Source: an uncultured Enterobacterales bacterium (GTDB taxonomy: Bacteria > Myxococcota_A > UBA796 > CAJQPC01). Taken from it: DNA of 64,000 nucleotides. The stretch is taken from the NCBI GenBank assembly GCA_964610645.1, contig CAZSZE010000005.1, forward strand, positions 33,282-97,281. Reading direction: 5' to 3'. Positions 9,896-18,638 of this stretch are shown in pieces. Each line of letters starts with the position of its first letter. Within the stretch, counting starts at the first letter, position 1. A program made the position numbers and the translations under genes. Under the pieces are notes generated by a model that did not search any database, was not told the origin of the DNA, and was given only the letters and a program-made list of their open reading frames with translations.

Positions 9896-10144
9896 ATGGC
9901 AGCGTCGATCACGAAAAGCCGTGAGCGAGTCGCGAGAAATTTCATCAAGACCTACGGGAAGAGTCGTCTTCGCCGTTTGCTGGAGGCGTTGGCGGCCGCG
10001 GAAAGTGGCCAGGCCATCGCCGATGAGTTTGGGGTGAGCCGAGAACGCGTGCGTCAGTGGAAGAATGCGTTCGGCACGGTGATCACCATGTACCAGCTCC
10101 ATCCAGAGGTCGAGCGAATCCTGAAGGAGAAGCGGCTGGCCTGA
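9896..10144 (+). CDS. small helix-turn-helix protein (putative transcriptional regulator)
   Basis: ORF 9851..10144. The ATG at 9896 has GGGAGG 7 nt upstream. HTH-like segment: GQAIADEFGVSRERVRQWKNAFG. It sits in a locally less GC-rich patch. Confidence 0.55.
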   Translation: MAASITKSRERVARNFIKTYGKSRLRRLLEALAAAESGQAIADEFGVSRERVRQWKNAFGTVITMYQLHPEVERILKEKRLA

Positions 10145-10191
10145 TGGGTCCGAGATAAGAGACCCCCCAGACGCGACTGGAAGGAGGCCTC

Positions 10192-11451
10192 ATGAATCGA
10201 AGGGTTTTTGTTCTCGGAGGTGCGAACACGCCCTTCATTGGAAAGGGGCATCCGGATTTCATCTGGAAGCGCCACGCTGATTTCGGGGTACGGGAGAATC
10301 CGACCCTGCGGGAGCACCTGTCACGGGCGGTGACAAGCGCTTCTGAGGCCGCGGGCGTGCCCCTGGGGGCGGTGGAGCAAGGGTTTCTGGGCAACTTCCT
10401 GGGGGAGTTGTTCGTGTCGCAGGGACACCTGGGGGCTGCTCTGGCGGGCGTGGATCCGGGTTTGGCCGGGAAACCCATGATGCGGGTGGAAGGCGCTTGT
10501 GCCTCCGGGGGCCTCGCGGTCCGCTGCGGTGTGCAGGCCATTCGGGCCGGTGCGGATGTGGTGCTGGCTACAGGCGTAGAGGTTCAAACCACCGTATCCG
10601 CGCGAATTGGCGGGGATTACCTGGCCCGTGCTGCGGACTACGAGCGGCAGCGGGGCCTGGACGATTTTACTTTTCCGGCCCTGTTCGCCGACCGGACCCG
10701 GGCCTACCGGGAGCGTTTTGGCGCGTCCGAGGAGGACATTGGGCTGGCCACCGTGAAGGCCTATAGCAACGCAAACCGCAATCCCCTGGCCCACATGTCG
10801 GCCCGGAAAATGGACCTGGAGAGCGCTGCAAGCGCCTCTGAGACCAACCCGAATTTCCTGTCCAATGAGTCCTGTGCCCCCTGGTTGAAGGTCTCTGACT
10901 GTTCCCAGGTGTCGGATGGGGCATCTGCCTTGTTCCTGGTTTCAGAAACAGGCCTGGAAAAGTTGGGCCGGGACCCTGAGGATGCCATTGAGATCAAGGC
11001 CCTGGCACTGTCCACTGCCTCTCTGTACGAGGATGGTGATCGGACGGCTCTCGGCACAACCGCCGCCGCCGCGCAGCTGGCGTATGAGGAAGCAGGGCTC
11101 TCCCCGCAGGACGTCCAGGTGGCGGAGGTACACGATTGCTTCACCGTCACCGAGCTGATGATGTACGAGGCCCTGGGATTCGCGCAGGCGGGAGCAGGAA
11201 ATCAGCTGCTGCGGGAAGGAGCGACCAACATCGATGGCCGTCTTCCGGTAAACACCGGCGGAGGACTGGTGGGATTTGGGCACCCGGTGGGTGCCACGGG
11301 GGTAAAGCAGATGGTGGAAGTCTGGCGGCAGATGAAGGGTCTCTGCGGGGACTACCAGGTCCCCACGCTTCCACGCATCGGCTTGACCGCAAACATGGGC
11401 GGGGACGACAAGACCGTGGTGGTGGGCCTCTTCGAGAACATGGGAGGATAG
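10192..11451 (+). CDS. thiolase-family protein (SCP-x/nonspecific lipid-transfer type acetyl-CoA acyltransferase)
   Basis: RBS GGAAGGAGG. Motifs: RVEGACASGGLAV (active-site Cys), HDCFT, NTGGGLVGFGHPVGATG. Confidence 0.85.
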   Translation: MNRRVFVLGGANTPFIGKGHPDFIWKRHADFGVRENPTLREHLSRAVTSASEAAGVPLGAVEQGFLGNFLGELFVSQGHLGAALAGVDPGLAGKPMMRVEGACASGGLAVRCGVQAIRAGADVVLATGVEVQTTVSARIGGDYLARAADYERQRGLDDFTFPALFADRTRAYRERFGASEEDIGLATVKAYSNANRNPLAHMSARKMDLESAASASETNPNFLSNESCAPWLKVSDCSQVSDGASALFLVSETGLEKLGRDPEDAIEIKALALSTASLYEDGDRTALGTTAAAAQLAYEEAGLSPQDVQVAEVHDCFTVTELMMYEALGFAQAGAGNQLLREGATNIDGRLPVNTGGGLVGFGHPVGATGVKQMVEVWRQMKGLCGDYQVPTLPRIGLTANMGGDDKTVVVGLFENMGG

Positions 11452-11454
11452 GCC

Positions 11455-12099
11455 GTGGAAAAGGTGCTCAAGTTCCTGGCGTTGGTTGTGGTCCTTGGGG
11501 CTGTCGGCTGGTTCCTCTCACAGCTCGGAGGGGAGCCCCGGTTTGCCAAGTACCAGGGCGCAGAGGAGGGGGCAGGCAGGACCGTGGGTGTGCCGGGTAC
11601 CCCCGGCCAGGGCGTGCCGGGACTGGGGACCCAGGGGGCCAAGTTGCCAAAGGGACAGGTTCCCGGGGAGGGAGTGGTAGCTCCCACCACAGGTCCGACA
11701 ATCGGCCCCCCGCCCTTGAACGCGGACAACGAGGACCCGACCCTCCCCGATCAACCGGTGTACATCGTCGACAAGGACCTCTCTCGCTATGCCTCCAAGA
11801 GCACGGTGCCCTTTACCCGGATCGGCCAGATCCTGATCGAGGCTGGGCACGACGATGTGGCGCAGCAGGTCAGAGAGTTTCAGAGCTTGTTGAAGGATGT
11901 GCGCCGTGGCGAGGAGCCCGAGGTGGAGTCACTTGCCGCCCAACAGGAGGCCGTCGTGATCGAGGTGGGCAAGGTGCTCACCGGGCCAGAGGTCGAGGAT
12001 CTCCTGGAGGAGGTGCAATCCCAGTTGGATCGACTTTGGGAGGCCGAGGAGGAAAAGCAGCAGCTTCTTGAAGAGGAGGCAGCCAAGGGGGCGGAATAG
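11455..12099 (+). CDS. hypothetical membrane-anchored protein
   Basis: GTG start 3 nt after the thiolase stop. It has an N-terminal TM helix (LKFLALVVVLGAVGWFL), a Pro/Gly-rich linker and an acidic helical C-terminus. Confidence 0.5.
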   Translation: MEKVLKFLALVVVLGAVGWFLSQLGGEPRFAKYQGAEEGAGRTVGVPGTPGQGVPGLGTQGAKLPKGQVPGEGVVAPTTGPTIGPPPLNADNEDPTLPDQPVYIVDKDLSRYASKSTVPFTRIGQILIEAGHDDVAQQVREFQSLLKDVRRGEEPEVESLAAQQEAVVIEVGKVLTGPEVEDLLEEVQSQLDRLWEAEEEKQQLLEEEAAKGAE

Positions 12100-12240
12100 G
12101 AGGCTGTCAGTCCCCGGGCATGGGGAGCAGGCTCGGAGAGAGACGTGCGGCGGGGGGCTTGGCCTGCTGGAGCAGTTCCTCCAGGGCCAGGCCGGGCAGG
12201 TCCGAATCCATGTCGCGGACCTATCCCACACGCGTTCCTG

Positions 12241-12963
12241 TCACGAGGACATTCGAATCCGCCAGGCCATTCGCAAGACCGCAAGCCCCATGGCGAAGGC
12301 ATCCCGGAGGGGACGAATCCGGGAGTTTGCATCGTGTCGCCAGGTCAGCGGCACAGGCAGGGGCTCGTGGCCCGCTTGCCTTGCAAGGGCCAGCAGCTCC
12401 ACATCAAAAGCCCACCCTGTTTCCTTCATCTGCCCAGCAAGCTCTCGGGCCAGGTCTCCCTCCATGGCCTTGAATCCACACTGTGTGTCCTGGATTCCAG
12501 GCAGGACCAGGAGCTGGATCCAGCGGTTGAAGGCCCGTCCCAGGAGGTGGCGTCCTGGCGGTTCCCCCACGCGGTGACTCTCCGGATGTTCGCGACAGGC
12601 GATGCGGATCGGGCTCGACAGGGAAGGCTCAAGCAGACCGGCCGCCTCTTCGGGGGACATGGACCAGTCCGCATCCGCCAGAAGGACCCAGGGGGCAGCG
12701 GTGGAAAGGACGCCCGCTCGAATGGCGCCTCCCTTGCCTGCCTTCGGGAGATGCAACACCTGGATGTCGTCGTGGTCCCGGGCAATGGAGTCAGCCAGCG
12801 CGCCGGTGCCGTCGGTGGAACCGTTTTCCACGAGAACCAAAGTCGCGGGTCCCGGAAAAAGTTCCTGGAGCAGACGAAAGCCCTCCACCGCACCCTGCAG
12901 TCGCTGCGCTTCCTGGTGGCAAGGCACCACCACCGCAACACCTGGGATTTCATCGGGGAACAT
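12241..12963 (-). CDS. family 2 glycosyltransferase (dolichyl/polyprenyl-phosphate glycosyltransferase-like)
   Basis: VAVVVPCHQEAQRL, LVLVENGSTDGTGALA, KGGAIRAGV, LLADADWS (the DxD region). Confidence 0.8.
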   Translation of the reverse strand: MFPDEIPGVAVVVPCHQEAQRLQGAVEGFRLLQELFPGPATLVLVENGSTDGTGALADSIARDHDDIQVLHLPKAGKGGAIRAGVLSTAAPWVLLADADWSMSPEEAAGLLEPSLSSPIRIACREHPESHRVGEPPGRHLLGRAFNRWIQLLVLPGIQDTQCGFKAMEGDLARELAGQMKETGWAFDVELLALARQAGHEPLPVPLTWRHDANSRIRPLRDAFAMGLAVLRMAWRIRMSS

Positions 12964-13077
12964 GGAGGCATTCTACCGGAGGGCAAAGTGTTGACGTGAC
13001 AAGACCCCAGGAGTAGCGTGCAGGTCAACGGGAAGTTCTGCTGTGGCTTCTCGAATCCAGCGCTCTCCGGAGTCGAC

Positions 13078-13521
13078 ATGAAGCAAGGCAACGCGGAAGC
13101 GGATGCTGCGGAACGAATCGTGAACCTGGGCGCGGACTTGCTGTTGGAAGGTCGCCCCGCCCACGGAGGGATGCCTGATCCCACCGTGATGGCGCGTTGG
13201 CGGCGCGAAGCAGACGGCCGGGTGGAGTCCGCACTGGCCAGGTTCGACGACCAGCTGGTGCACGGTCGGGCCGCACACCAGGCCTCTAAAGAAGCCATTG
13301 CCGAGGTCATCGCCTGGATTGGATGGTCCCTGGCGCGAATCCCGGAATTGGTGACGACCCTGCCTTTGACCCTGGGTCCCTTGCCCGACTGGGAGCGACT
13401 TGGAGGGCAGGTTTCACGGCGAGCCGGCGAGGATCCAGATGGCGTGGATCGGTTTCTTCGGCTCTACCTGGCCATGACGCATGAACTGGCTGCCAGGGGT
13501 TTCACGACCCAGGCACGGTGA
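13078..13521 (+). CDS. hypothetical protein
   Basis: ORF 13018..13521, trimmed to MKQGNAEADAAE with GGAG 5 nt upstream. No family was recognised. Confidence 0.4.
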   Translation: MKQGNAEADAAERIVNLGADLLLEGRPAHGGMPDPTVMARWRREADGRVESALARFDDQLVHGRAAHQASKEAIAEVIAWIGWSLARIPELVTTLPLTLGPLPDWERLGGQVSRRAGEDPDGVDRFLRLYLAMTHELAARGFTTQAR

Positions 13522-13552
13522 CCGCCCGGGGCGGACGGGGTACAGAAGGGGA

Positions 13553-14491
13553 ATGGCGAGCCTGGTCTCGGTGATCTGTTCCGCGGGAATGCCCACGGGC
13601 GAGCGCGTTGACATCGTGAGACGGCGCTTTTCCGGCGGCGAGGGGCCCCGGGTTGCACTCGTGGCCGGCGTGCGTGGAGACACCCCTGAGGGGGTTCGGG
13701 TGGCGCATTCGGTGGCTTCGGTGCTGCAGGAAAACCACGAACGCCTGCAAGGCTGCGTGGACATCTACCCCTGCATCAACCCCCTCGCAGCCCATCGGGG
13801 CATCCGTCACTGGCCCTTTTTTGACCAGGACTTGAACCGTCGCTTCCCCGGGCGAGAGAACGCCCACGCGCCGGATCGGGTGGCCTGGCAGCTGGTCAAG
13901 GACCTTCAAGGCGTGGATGAGCTGGTGGAGGTTCGGGGTGCCCACTCCGCATTCACGGAGGCGCTCCAGGCGCAGGTGCGCGACACGGACGAGAGGGCTG
14001 CGGAGACAGCCCGCCACTGCAATGTCGAGGTGGTCTGGCGTCGCCAGCCCGGGCCGGCTGCACCCTCCACGCTGGTCTACCAGTTTCCCAACGCCATTGT
14101 GCTGGAGGGAGGCACGGGAAACCGGCTCACGGCCGGGGTTGCGGAATCCCTGGCAAATGGCGTGTTGAACCTCTTGAATGTGCTGGAAATCCTGCCGGAT
14201 GACTGCCTGCCCTTTCACTGGGCCGGGGTCACCCGTCCCGAGGTGGTGGGGGATGACCGGGTGCATCGCCTGCGGGCATCTGTTGGGGGACTTTTTCTTC
14301 CCATGAAGCGTCCCTGGAGCACCGTGGAGGGCGGCGAGTTGATCGGTGAGATTGTCGATCCCATCGGGGGCCGGACGCTGGAGCGGGTGGAGTCTCCGGC
14401 GGCAGGGCACATTCTCGCTATTCGAGAGCAGCCCGTGGTGTTTCCAGGGAGCATGGCGGCACGGGTTGTGGAGGACGATGGTGATGGCTGA
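13553..14491 (+). CDS. succinylglutamate desuccinylase/aspartoacylase (AstE/AspA) family zinc hydrolase
   Basis: ORF 13481..14491, trimmed to MASLVSV. Pattern: GPRVALVAGVRGDTPEG, NRRFPG, then a later E/H region. Confidence 0.7.
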   Translation: MASLVSVICSAGMPTGERVDIVRRRFSGGEGPRVALVAGVRGDTPEGVRVAHSVASVLQENHERLQGCVDIYPCINPLAAHRGIRHWPFFDQDLNRRFPGRENAHAPDRVAWQLVKDLQGVDELVEVRGAHSAFTEALQAQVRDTDERAAETARHCNVEVVWRRQPGPAAPSTLVYQFPNAIVLEGGTGNRLTAGVAESLANGVLNLLNVLEILPDDCLPFHWAGVTRPEVVGDDRVHRLRASVGGLFLPMKRPWSTVEGGELIGEIVDPIGGRTLERVESPAAGHILAIREQPVVFPGSMAARVVEDDGDG

Positions 14492-15392
14492 GGTCTTTCG
14501 CGTGGATGCGCCGTACCGGGGGCCTTATCGCCTGGAACGCCTGACCTTTGGCGGAGGGGAGGGGCCGAGCGTTGCTGTTGTGGCGGGACTGCATGGGAAC
14601 GAGCTGAACGGCATCCACTCCTTGAACGTCCTGGCTGCGACCTTGCGCATGGCCCGCCTCAAGGGCACGGTCCACGTTCTCCCGGTGGTCAACACCTTTG
14701 GCCTCGACCAGGGCACCAAGCGCTGGCCCTTTGATGATCAGGACATCAACCAGGCCTTTCCGGGGGATCCGGACGGCTCTGTGGTGCAACGGATCGCCCA
14801 TGCCCTCCTGGAGCACACCCAGGCTGATGTCTGTCTGGACGTCCACTCCGCCTCCCCCCTGATGCGGGAGCTTCCCCAGGTGCGCGTGCCCCTCTCCGGG
14901 CGAGAGGTCGAGCTGGGCCGGGCCATGGGGCTGCCGGTGGTCTGGCGCCGGGCAGGGGATCGCCTGGAGTCCACGGGTCTGGTGGGCGCATGGCGCCAGG
15001 AGGGGGCTTCCGCGCTTCATGTTCTGGGCGGCCGTGGCGCCACCCTCGATGTGGGTGCAGCCCGCACGATGACCCACGGAATCCTGCGCCTGCTGAACCA
15101 CTTGGGGATTCTGTCGGCGGCGCCCGATCCCGGGGAGACCCTGGTGGACACGACCCGGAACCAGGTGAGCTACCACTACAGTGGAATGGGCGGCTTCTGG
15201 GTCCCGGAGGTGCGCACGGGGGATCGCGTGAAGCCGGGGCACCTGCTCGGCAAGATCACCGAGGTCGTCGGGGGCGACTTGTTGGAGGAGTTTCGCGCGG
15301 ATCGGGACGGCATTGTGGTGACCATGCGCACCTACCCCGTGGTGCATGCCCGGGAGCTGTTGATCCGGGTGGCGGATCCCGTGGATGGCTGA
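14484..15392 (+). CDS. succinylglutamate desuccinylase/aspartoacylase (AstE/AspA) family zinc hydrolase (paralogue)
   Basis: Start MAEVFRV overlaps the upstream stop (ATGGCTGA). Motifs: GPSVAVVAGLHGNELNG, DINQAFPG, LDVHSA. Confidence 0.75.
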   Translation: MAEVFRVDAPYRGPYRLERLTFGGGEGPSVAVVAGLHGNELNGIHSLNVLAATLRMARLKGTVHVLPVVNTFGLDQGTKRWPFDDQDINQAFPGDPDGSVVQRIAHALLEHTQADVCLDVHSASPLMRELPQVRVPLSGREVELGRAMGLPVVWRRAGDRLESTGLVGAWRQEGASALHVLGGRGATLDVGAARTMTHGILRLLNHLGILSAAPDPGETLVDTTRNQVSYHYSGMGGFWVPEVRTGDRVKPGHLLGKITEVVGGDLLEEFRADRDGIVVTMRTYPVVHARELLIRVADPVDG

Positions 15393-16295
15393 ATGAGCAA
15401 GGACGACCCAGACTTCAGCCGCGCCATGCGGCAGATGGAGGTGCGGCCCCTCAAAGGCGGCGCCAAGAGTCCTCGTCCATCCCCGCCCAACCCTCCGGAC
15501 GAGACCCCTCCGGACAAGGCCCCTGTGGAGGCGGAGGCGCTTCAGAAGAGAGTCGTGCCGGCCCAACCACAGCGAACCGAGCCCGAGGAGGCCCAGGAGG
15601 ACGTTGCACTTGGCATCGCTGCCAAGAGCATCGCTGCCCTCGAAAAGGGCCTGGCCGAGGCCCGAGAGGAGCTGGAGGCAGCGAGGGCGGAGGCGAAACA
15701 TCTTGCATCGCTGGTGGCCATACCCGGCAAGGGGGAGGCCAGCATTCGGTCGTTGATGCAGGATCGGGGCCTTCGAGGCCAGGAGGAGGGCCGCCGAGCC
15801 ATTCTGGCGCTGTTGCATGCCAGGCGATGGGAGGGCCTGGAAGCGCTACTGACCGTGGAGCGTCCCCAGGCGGCCCGGGAGGCGCTGGGTCTGGGTTTGT
15901 TCCTGCATTGTGGGGAAGATACGTGCCCGGCACCCGAGACCTGCGCAGTGGTCCAGGTGCCGCCACGTCGATGCGAGGTCTGTGGGGGGGGGTCGGTCAA
16001 GTGGGACGCCCTGAACGATGCCCTGCTCCTGGGAGGGATTCGCGAGTTTGTGGTGCTTGGAGGCCATCCCCACGTGCAGGGACTCCTGCGGGAGCAGGTG
16101 GATCGCCGCGTGGAGTTGCGGGCGTTCCCGTCCCATGCGCCGGTTCCCGGTGGGCGCACAGGGACTCTGGCAGAGGCCCGTTTTCTCTTGAGGTGGGAGC
16201 CGGAACCGGGAGATGACGAGACGCTGCTTGTTTGCAGCGACCCTTCCCTGGCTGGCCTGGTGGACTTTGCCATCCACGCGCTGGCGCAGCGGTAG
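15393..16295 (+). CDS. hypothetical protein with a Cys-cluster (CxxC) C-terminal domain
   Basis: The ATG directly abuts the upstream TGA. It has a Pro/Glu-rich linker, a coiled-coil segment, and then HCGEDTCPAPETC...CEVCGG. Confidence 0.5.
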   Translation: MSKDDPDFSRAMRQMEVRPLKGGAKSPRPSPPNPPDETPPDKAPVEAEALQKRVVPAQPQRTEPEEAQEDVALGIAAKSIAALEKGLAEAREELEAARAEAKHLASLVAIPGKGEASIRSLMQDRGLRGQEEGRRAILALLHARRWEGLEALLTVERPQAAREALGLGLFLHCGEDTCPAPETCAVVQVPPRRCEVCGGGSVKWDALNDALLLGGIREFVVLGGHPHVQGLLREQVDRRVELRAFPSHAPVPGGRTGTLAEARFLLRWEPEPGDDETLLVCSDPSLAGLVDFAIHALAQR

Positions 16296-16307
16296 ACTAC
16301 CGCCCGC

Positions 16308-17231
16308 ATGAGTGACGCCATTCCAGAGTTCTCTCCCATCCCCCCAGAAGGGCTGGAGATTCACGGCATCATAGAGAAGCTGCTGCTGGATCACGAGAGC
16401 CGCTATGGCCCGGTGGCCCTGGTGGAAGCCACCCAGGAGGGAACCCCGGTTTTCCAGGGGGAGAACCGTGTGGCGACCCTTGTTGGGGAGGGCGACTCGA
16501 GTGCGGTGGAGGCCCTGGCCCTTGCGGTGGGCGCTGTCTTTGACCTCCTCGATTCCGAGCGCCGCCGGCAGCGGGTCCTTGCGGACCGCCTGGGCGCCCT
16601 CGCCATGCGACTGGCCCGGGCAGAGGAGGAGCTGGCCGGGCCCATGCAGAGGCGAACCGAGGATCTGCGGCGACAGCGAGAGCAGCTGGAGCAGGCCGCC
16701 ATGACGGATGCGCTCACCGGGGTGTTCAACCGCCGTGCCATTGAGATCCGGCTGCGAGAGGCGGCTGCCCTCTCGCAGAATGACGAGGAGCCCCTGACCG
16801 TACTGATGGTGGACATCGATCACTTCAAGCAGGTGAACGACAACTACGGTCACCTTGCAGGCGACCAGGTCCTGGCCTACGTGGGCCGGTGCCTGGGAGC
16901 AAAGCGCAGGCGCCATGACGTCGTGGGTCGGTGGGGAGGCGAGGAATTCCTGATCGCGTTGCCAGGATGCCCCTTGGAGGCGGCCACCCGAATCTCGGAG
17001 GAGGTGCGCGCTGCCATCGAGGCCCTCACATTCGAGGGGACAAAGGCCTTTGGCATCACGGTGACGGCCTCGGTGGGCTTTGCAGTGGGGGAGGTGGGCG
17101 AGGCGGAGCTGGACGACGACTCACCGGAAGGGGGAGCCAGCCGTCTTGTGGAGGCGGCAGACAACTGCCTCTACGAAGCAAAGGAAACCGGCCGAAACCG
17201 CGTGGTTGGGGTGCGCCTGGGAGGGAGTTGA
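16308..17231 (+). CDS. diguanylate cyclase (GGDEF domain) with an unknown N-terminal sensor region
   Basis: DALTGVFNRR, MVDIDHFKQVNDNYGHLAGD, and an RRHD I-site-like motif 5 aa before the GGEEF in RWGGEEF. Confidence 0.9.
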   Translation: MSDAIPEFSPIPPEGLEIHGIIEKLLLDHESRYGPVALVEATQEGTPVFQGENRVATLVGEGDSSAVEALALAVGAVFDLLDSERRRQRVLADRLGALAMRLARAEEELAGPMQRRTEDLRRQREQLEQAAMTDALTGVFNRRAIEIRLREAAALSQNDEEPLTVLMVDIDHFKQVNDNYGHLAGDQVLAYVGRCLGAKRRRHDVVGRWGGEEFLIALPGCPLEAATRISEEVRAAIEALTFEGTKAFGITVTASVGFAVGEVGEAELDDDSPEGGASRLVEAADNCLYEAKETGRNRVVGVRLGGS

Positions 17232-17285
17232 GCCATTGATCTGGCGGGTGGTGGGCGCCGGGATATGGAGCCTTTCGGAGGCACG

Positions 17286-17924
17286 ATGGGATTCTTGAAG
17301 GGTGCGCTTGGCGCACGACGGTATCGCGTGGTTGGAGAGGCTCCTTCGGGGGCGCGGGTGGGGTGGTCGGACGCGCTGACACGCCATGGATTCCATGAGC
17401 CGGCAAGCGCCGTGCGCCGCGAGGAGACCATTGGATGGGTCCACGCGAACAACCTGCTCCATGCGGATTTCACCTCCCTTGAATCCTGGTTGCGGGAGCC
17501 CTACGGGCACTTCAGCCTGCGCATCGACAAGAAGGTGGTTCCCCCCGCCCTCCTGCGTGCCCACGTGGAACAGGCGGCCGAGGCCTGGTGCGAGGAGAAC
17601 GGCCGGTCTCCCTGTCCCCGCAGCATCAAAGGCGATCTCCGTGACCAGGTGGAGGATGACCTCTTGCGCCAGTCCCTGGCCCGGCCTCGCACCTTTGACG
17701 TGCTGTGGCACCTGGGGGAGGGGTGGCTGTTGTTTGGGTCCTTCTCCGATCGGATCAACACCCTCTTCACCCGGGAGTTCTTCCAGACCTTTGGACTGGA
17801 GCTCCACCCGGACAACCCCCTGGACTGGCTGGAGGATCCCGCCCTCGTTCGGGGCCTGGAGAGCTCTGGTGCCACGGTTGTCTCCCGCACTCCTGTAGAC
17901 GAGGAACGCCCCCATGTCGGATGA
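17286..17924 (+). CDS. RdgC-like protein, N-terminal-half homologue (putative)
   Basis: MGFLKGALGARRYRV..., IGWVHANN, KKVVPPALLRAHVEQ, LRDQVEDDLLRQSLARPRTFDVLW. This parallels my recollection of the E. coli RdgC N-terminal half. Confidence 0.45.
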   Translation: MGFLKGALGARRYRVVGEAPSGARVGWSDALTRHGFHEPASAVRREETIGWVHANNLLHADFTSLESWLREPYGHFSLRIDKKVVPPALLRAHVEQAAEAWCEENGRSPCPRSIKGDLRDQVEDDLLRQSLARPRTFDVLWHLGEGWLLFGSFSDRINTLFTREFFQTFGLELHPDNPLDWLEDPALVRGLESSGATVVSRTPVDEERPHVG

Positions 17925-18429
17925 AACCACCTCACTGCCACACCTGGGCGCGGAATTCCTTGGATGGCTCTGGTTTGCCACGGAACGGGACCTGGGCACC
18001 CTGGCCCTGGCCGACGGACCGGTCGATGTCTGGGTCGACGAACGAATCTCTTTTCGCAGCCCGGAGGAGGATCGTCCCCGCACGGTGCTGACCGGGGACA
18101 ATCCTGCCCACACCCTGGAGGCCCGCGCCGCCCTGGCGGGAGGAAAGCTGGTTCGCGAGCTGCGCCTGGGTTTTCGGCGAGAGGAGCGAGAGTACCTGGT
18201 CACCTTGAGCGGACCGAGCTTGGAGGTGAAGGGTGCCAAGCTGCCGCCGGCCGGCGATGGGGACGACGAGTCCGTGTTGTACGACCGCATGTTCTTCTAC
18301 GAGGAATTGCATTTCCTGCTTCGCGCACTCCTGCAGAAATTTGCCCAGGAGCGGTGTTCAGAGGCCTGGTTCGCGGACACCCTTCCGGCAATGCGGTCCT
18401 GGGTTGGAGGGGCATCCGCGCGGGGTTGA
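17914..18429 (+). CDS. RdgC-like protein, C-terminal-half homologue (putative)
   Basis: Overlaps the upstream ORF by 11 nt. Motifs: LGAEFLGWLWF, ALAGGKLVRELRLGF, LYDRMFFYEELHFLLRALLQKF. This resembles the C-terminal half of the RdgC family. Confidence 0.4.
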   Translation: MSDETTSLPHLGAEFLGWLWFATERDLGTLALADGPVDVWVDERISFRSPEEDRPRTVLTGDNPAHTLEARAALAGGKLVRELRLGFRREEREYLVTLSGPSLEVKGAKLPPAGDGDDESVLYDRMFFYEELHFLLRALLQKFAQERCSEAWFADTLPAMRSWVGGASARG

Positions 18430-18454
18430 CACGGCCTGATGGACGGGGCATACC
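18426..18454 (+). promoter_or_regulatory. candidate promoter for tRNA-Arg
   Basis: A perfect TTGACA (18426-18431) overlaps the upstream stop codon. After a 17-nt spacer comes a weak -10, CATACC (18449-18454), about 70 nt upstream of the tRNA. Confidence 0.25.
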
Positions 18455-18523
18455 AAGCGTAAGCCATGCCAACCGGAATAGTTCCGGCGGGTTGGCCGAG
18501 AGGATGGGGACGTCCAAGTCCAC

Positions 18524-18597
18524 GCGCGGTTAGCTCAGCTGGATAGAGCGCTGGTTTCCGGAACCAGAGGCCACAGGTTCGAACCCTGTACCGCGTA
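18524..18597 (+). tRNA. tRNA-Arg (anticodon CCG)
   Basis: Hand-folded cloverleaf. Acceptor GCGCGGT/ACCGCGT (G1:U72), D arm GCTC-AGCTGGATA-GAGC, anticodon arm CTGGT-TTCCGGA-ACCAG, T arm ACAGG-TTCGAAC-CCTGT. No encoded CCA. Confidence 0.9.
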
Positions 18598-18638
18598 CCC
18601 TCTTCCCGGTCCCCCATGACGGCCCAACAGGAGGCGCT

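Noticed and set aside
10148-10168. A rho-independent terminator after the HTH gene (GGGTC-N10-GACCC).
   Set aside because: It has only a 5-bp stem and no U-tract, which is too weak to call.
15393-16295. An Smr-domain protein. The N-terminal DDPDFSRAMRQMEVRPLK resembles the leader motif of E. coli SmrA/YdaL-type proteins.
   Set aside because: The C-terminus lacks the Smr core (no HGxG-type motif; only a vague VLGGHPH). The similarity is confined to about 18 residues, so the gene is kept as hypothetical.
18524-18597. tRNA-Arg as the attachment site of a genomic island that might carry the methyltransferase or other accessory genes.
   Set aside because: No integrase, no direct repeat of the tRNA 3' end and no phage or transposon genes are visible on either side within the window.
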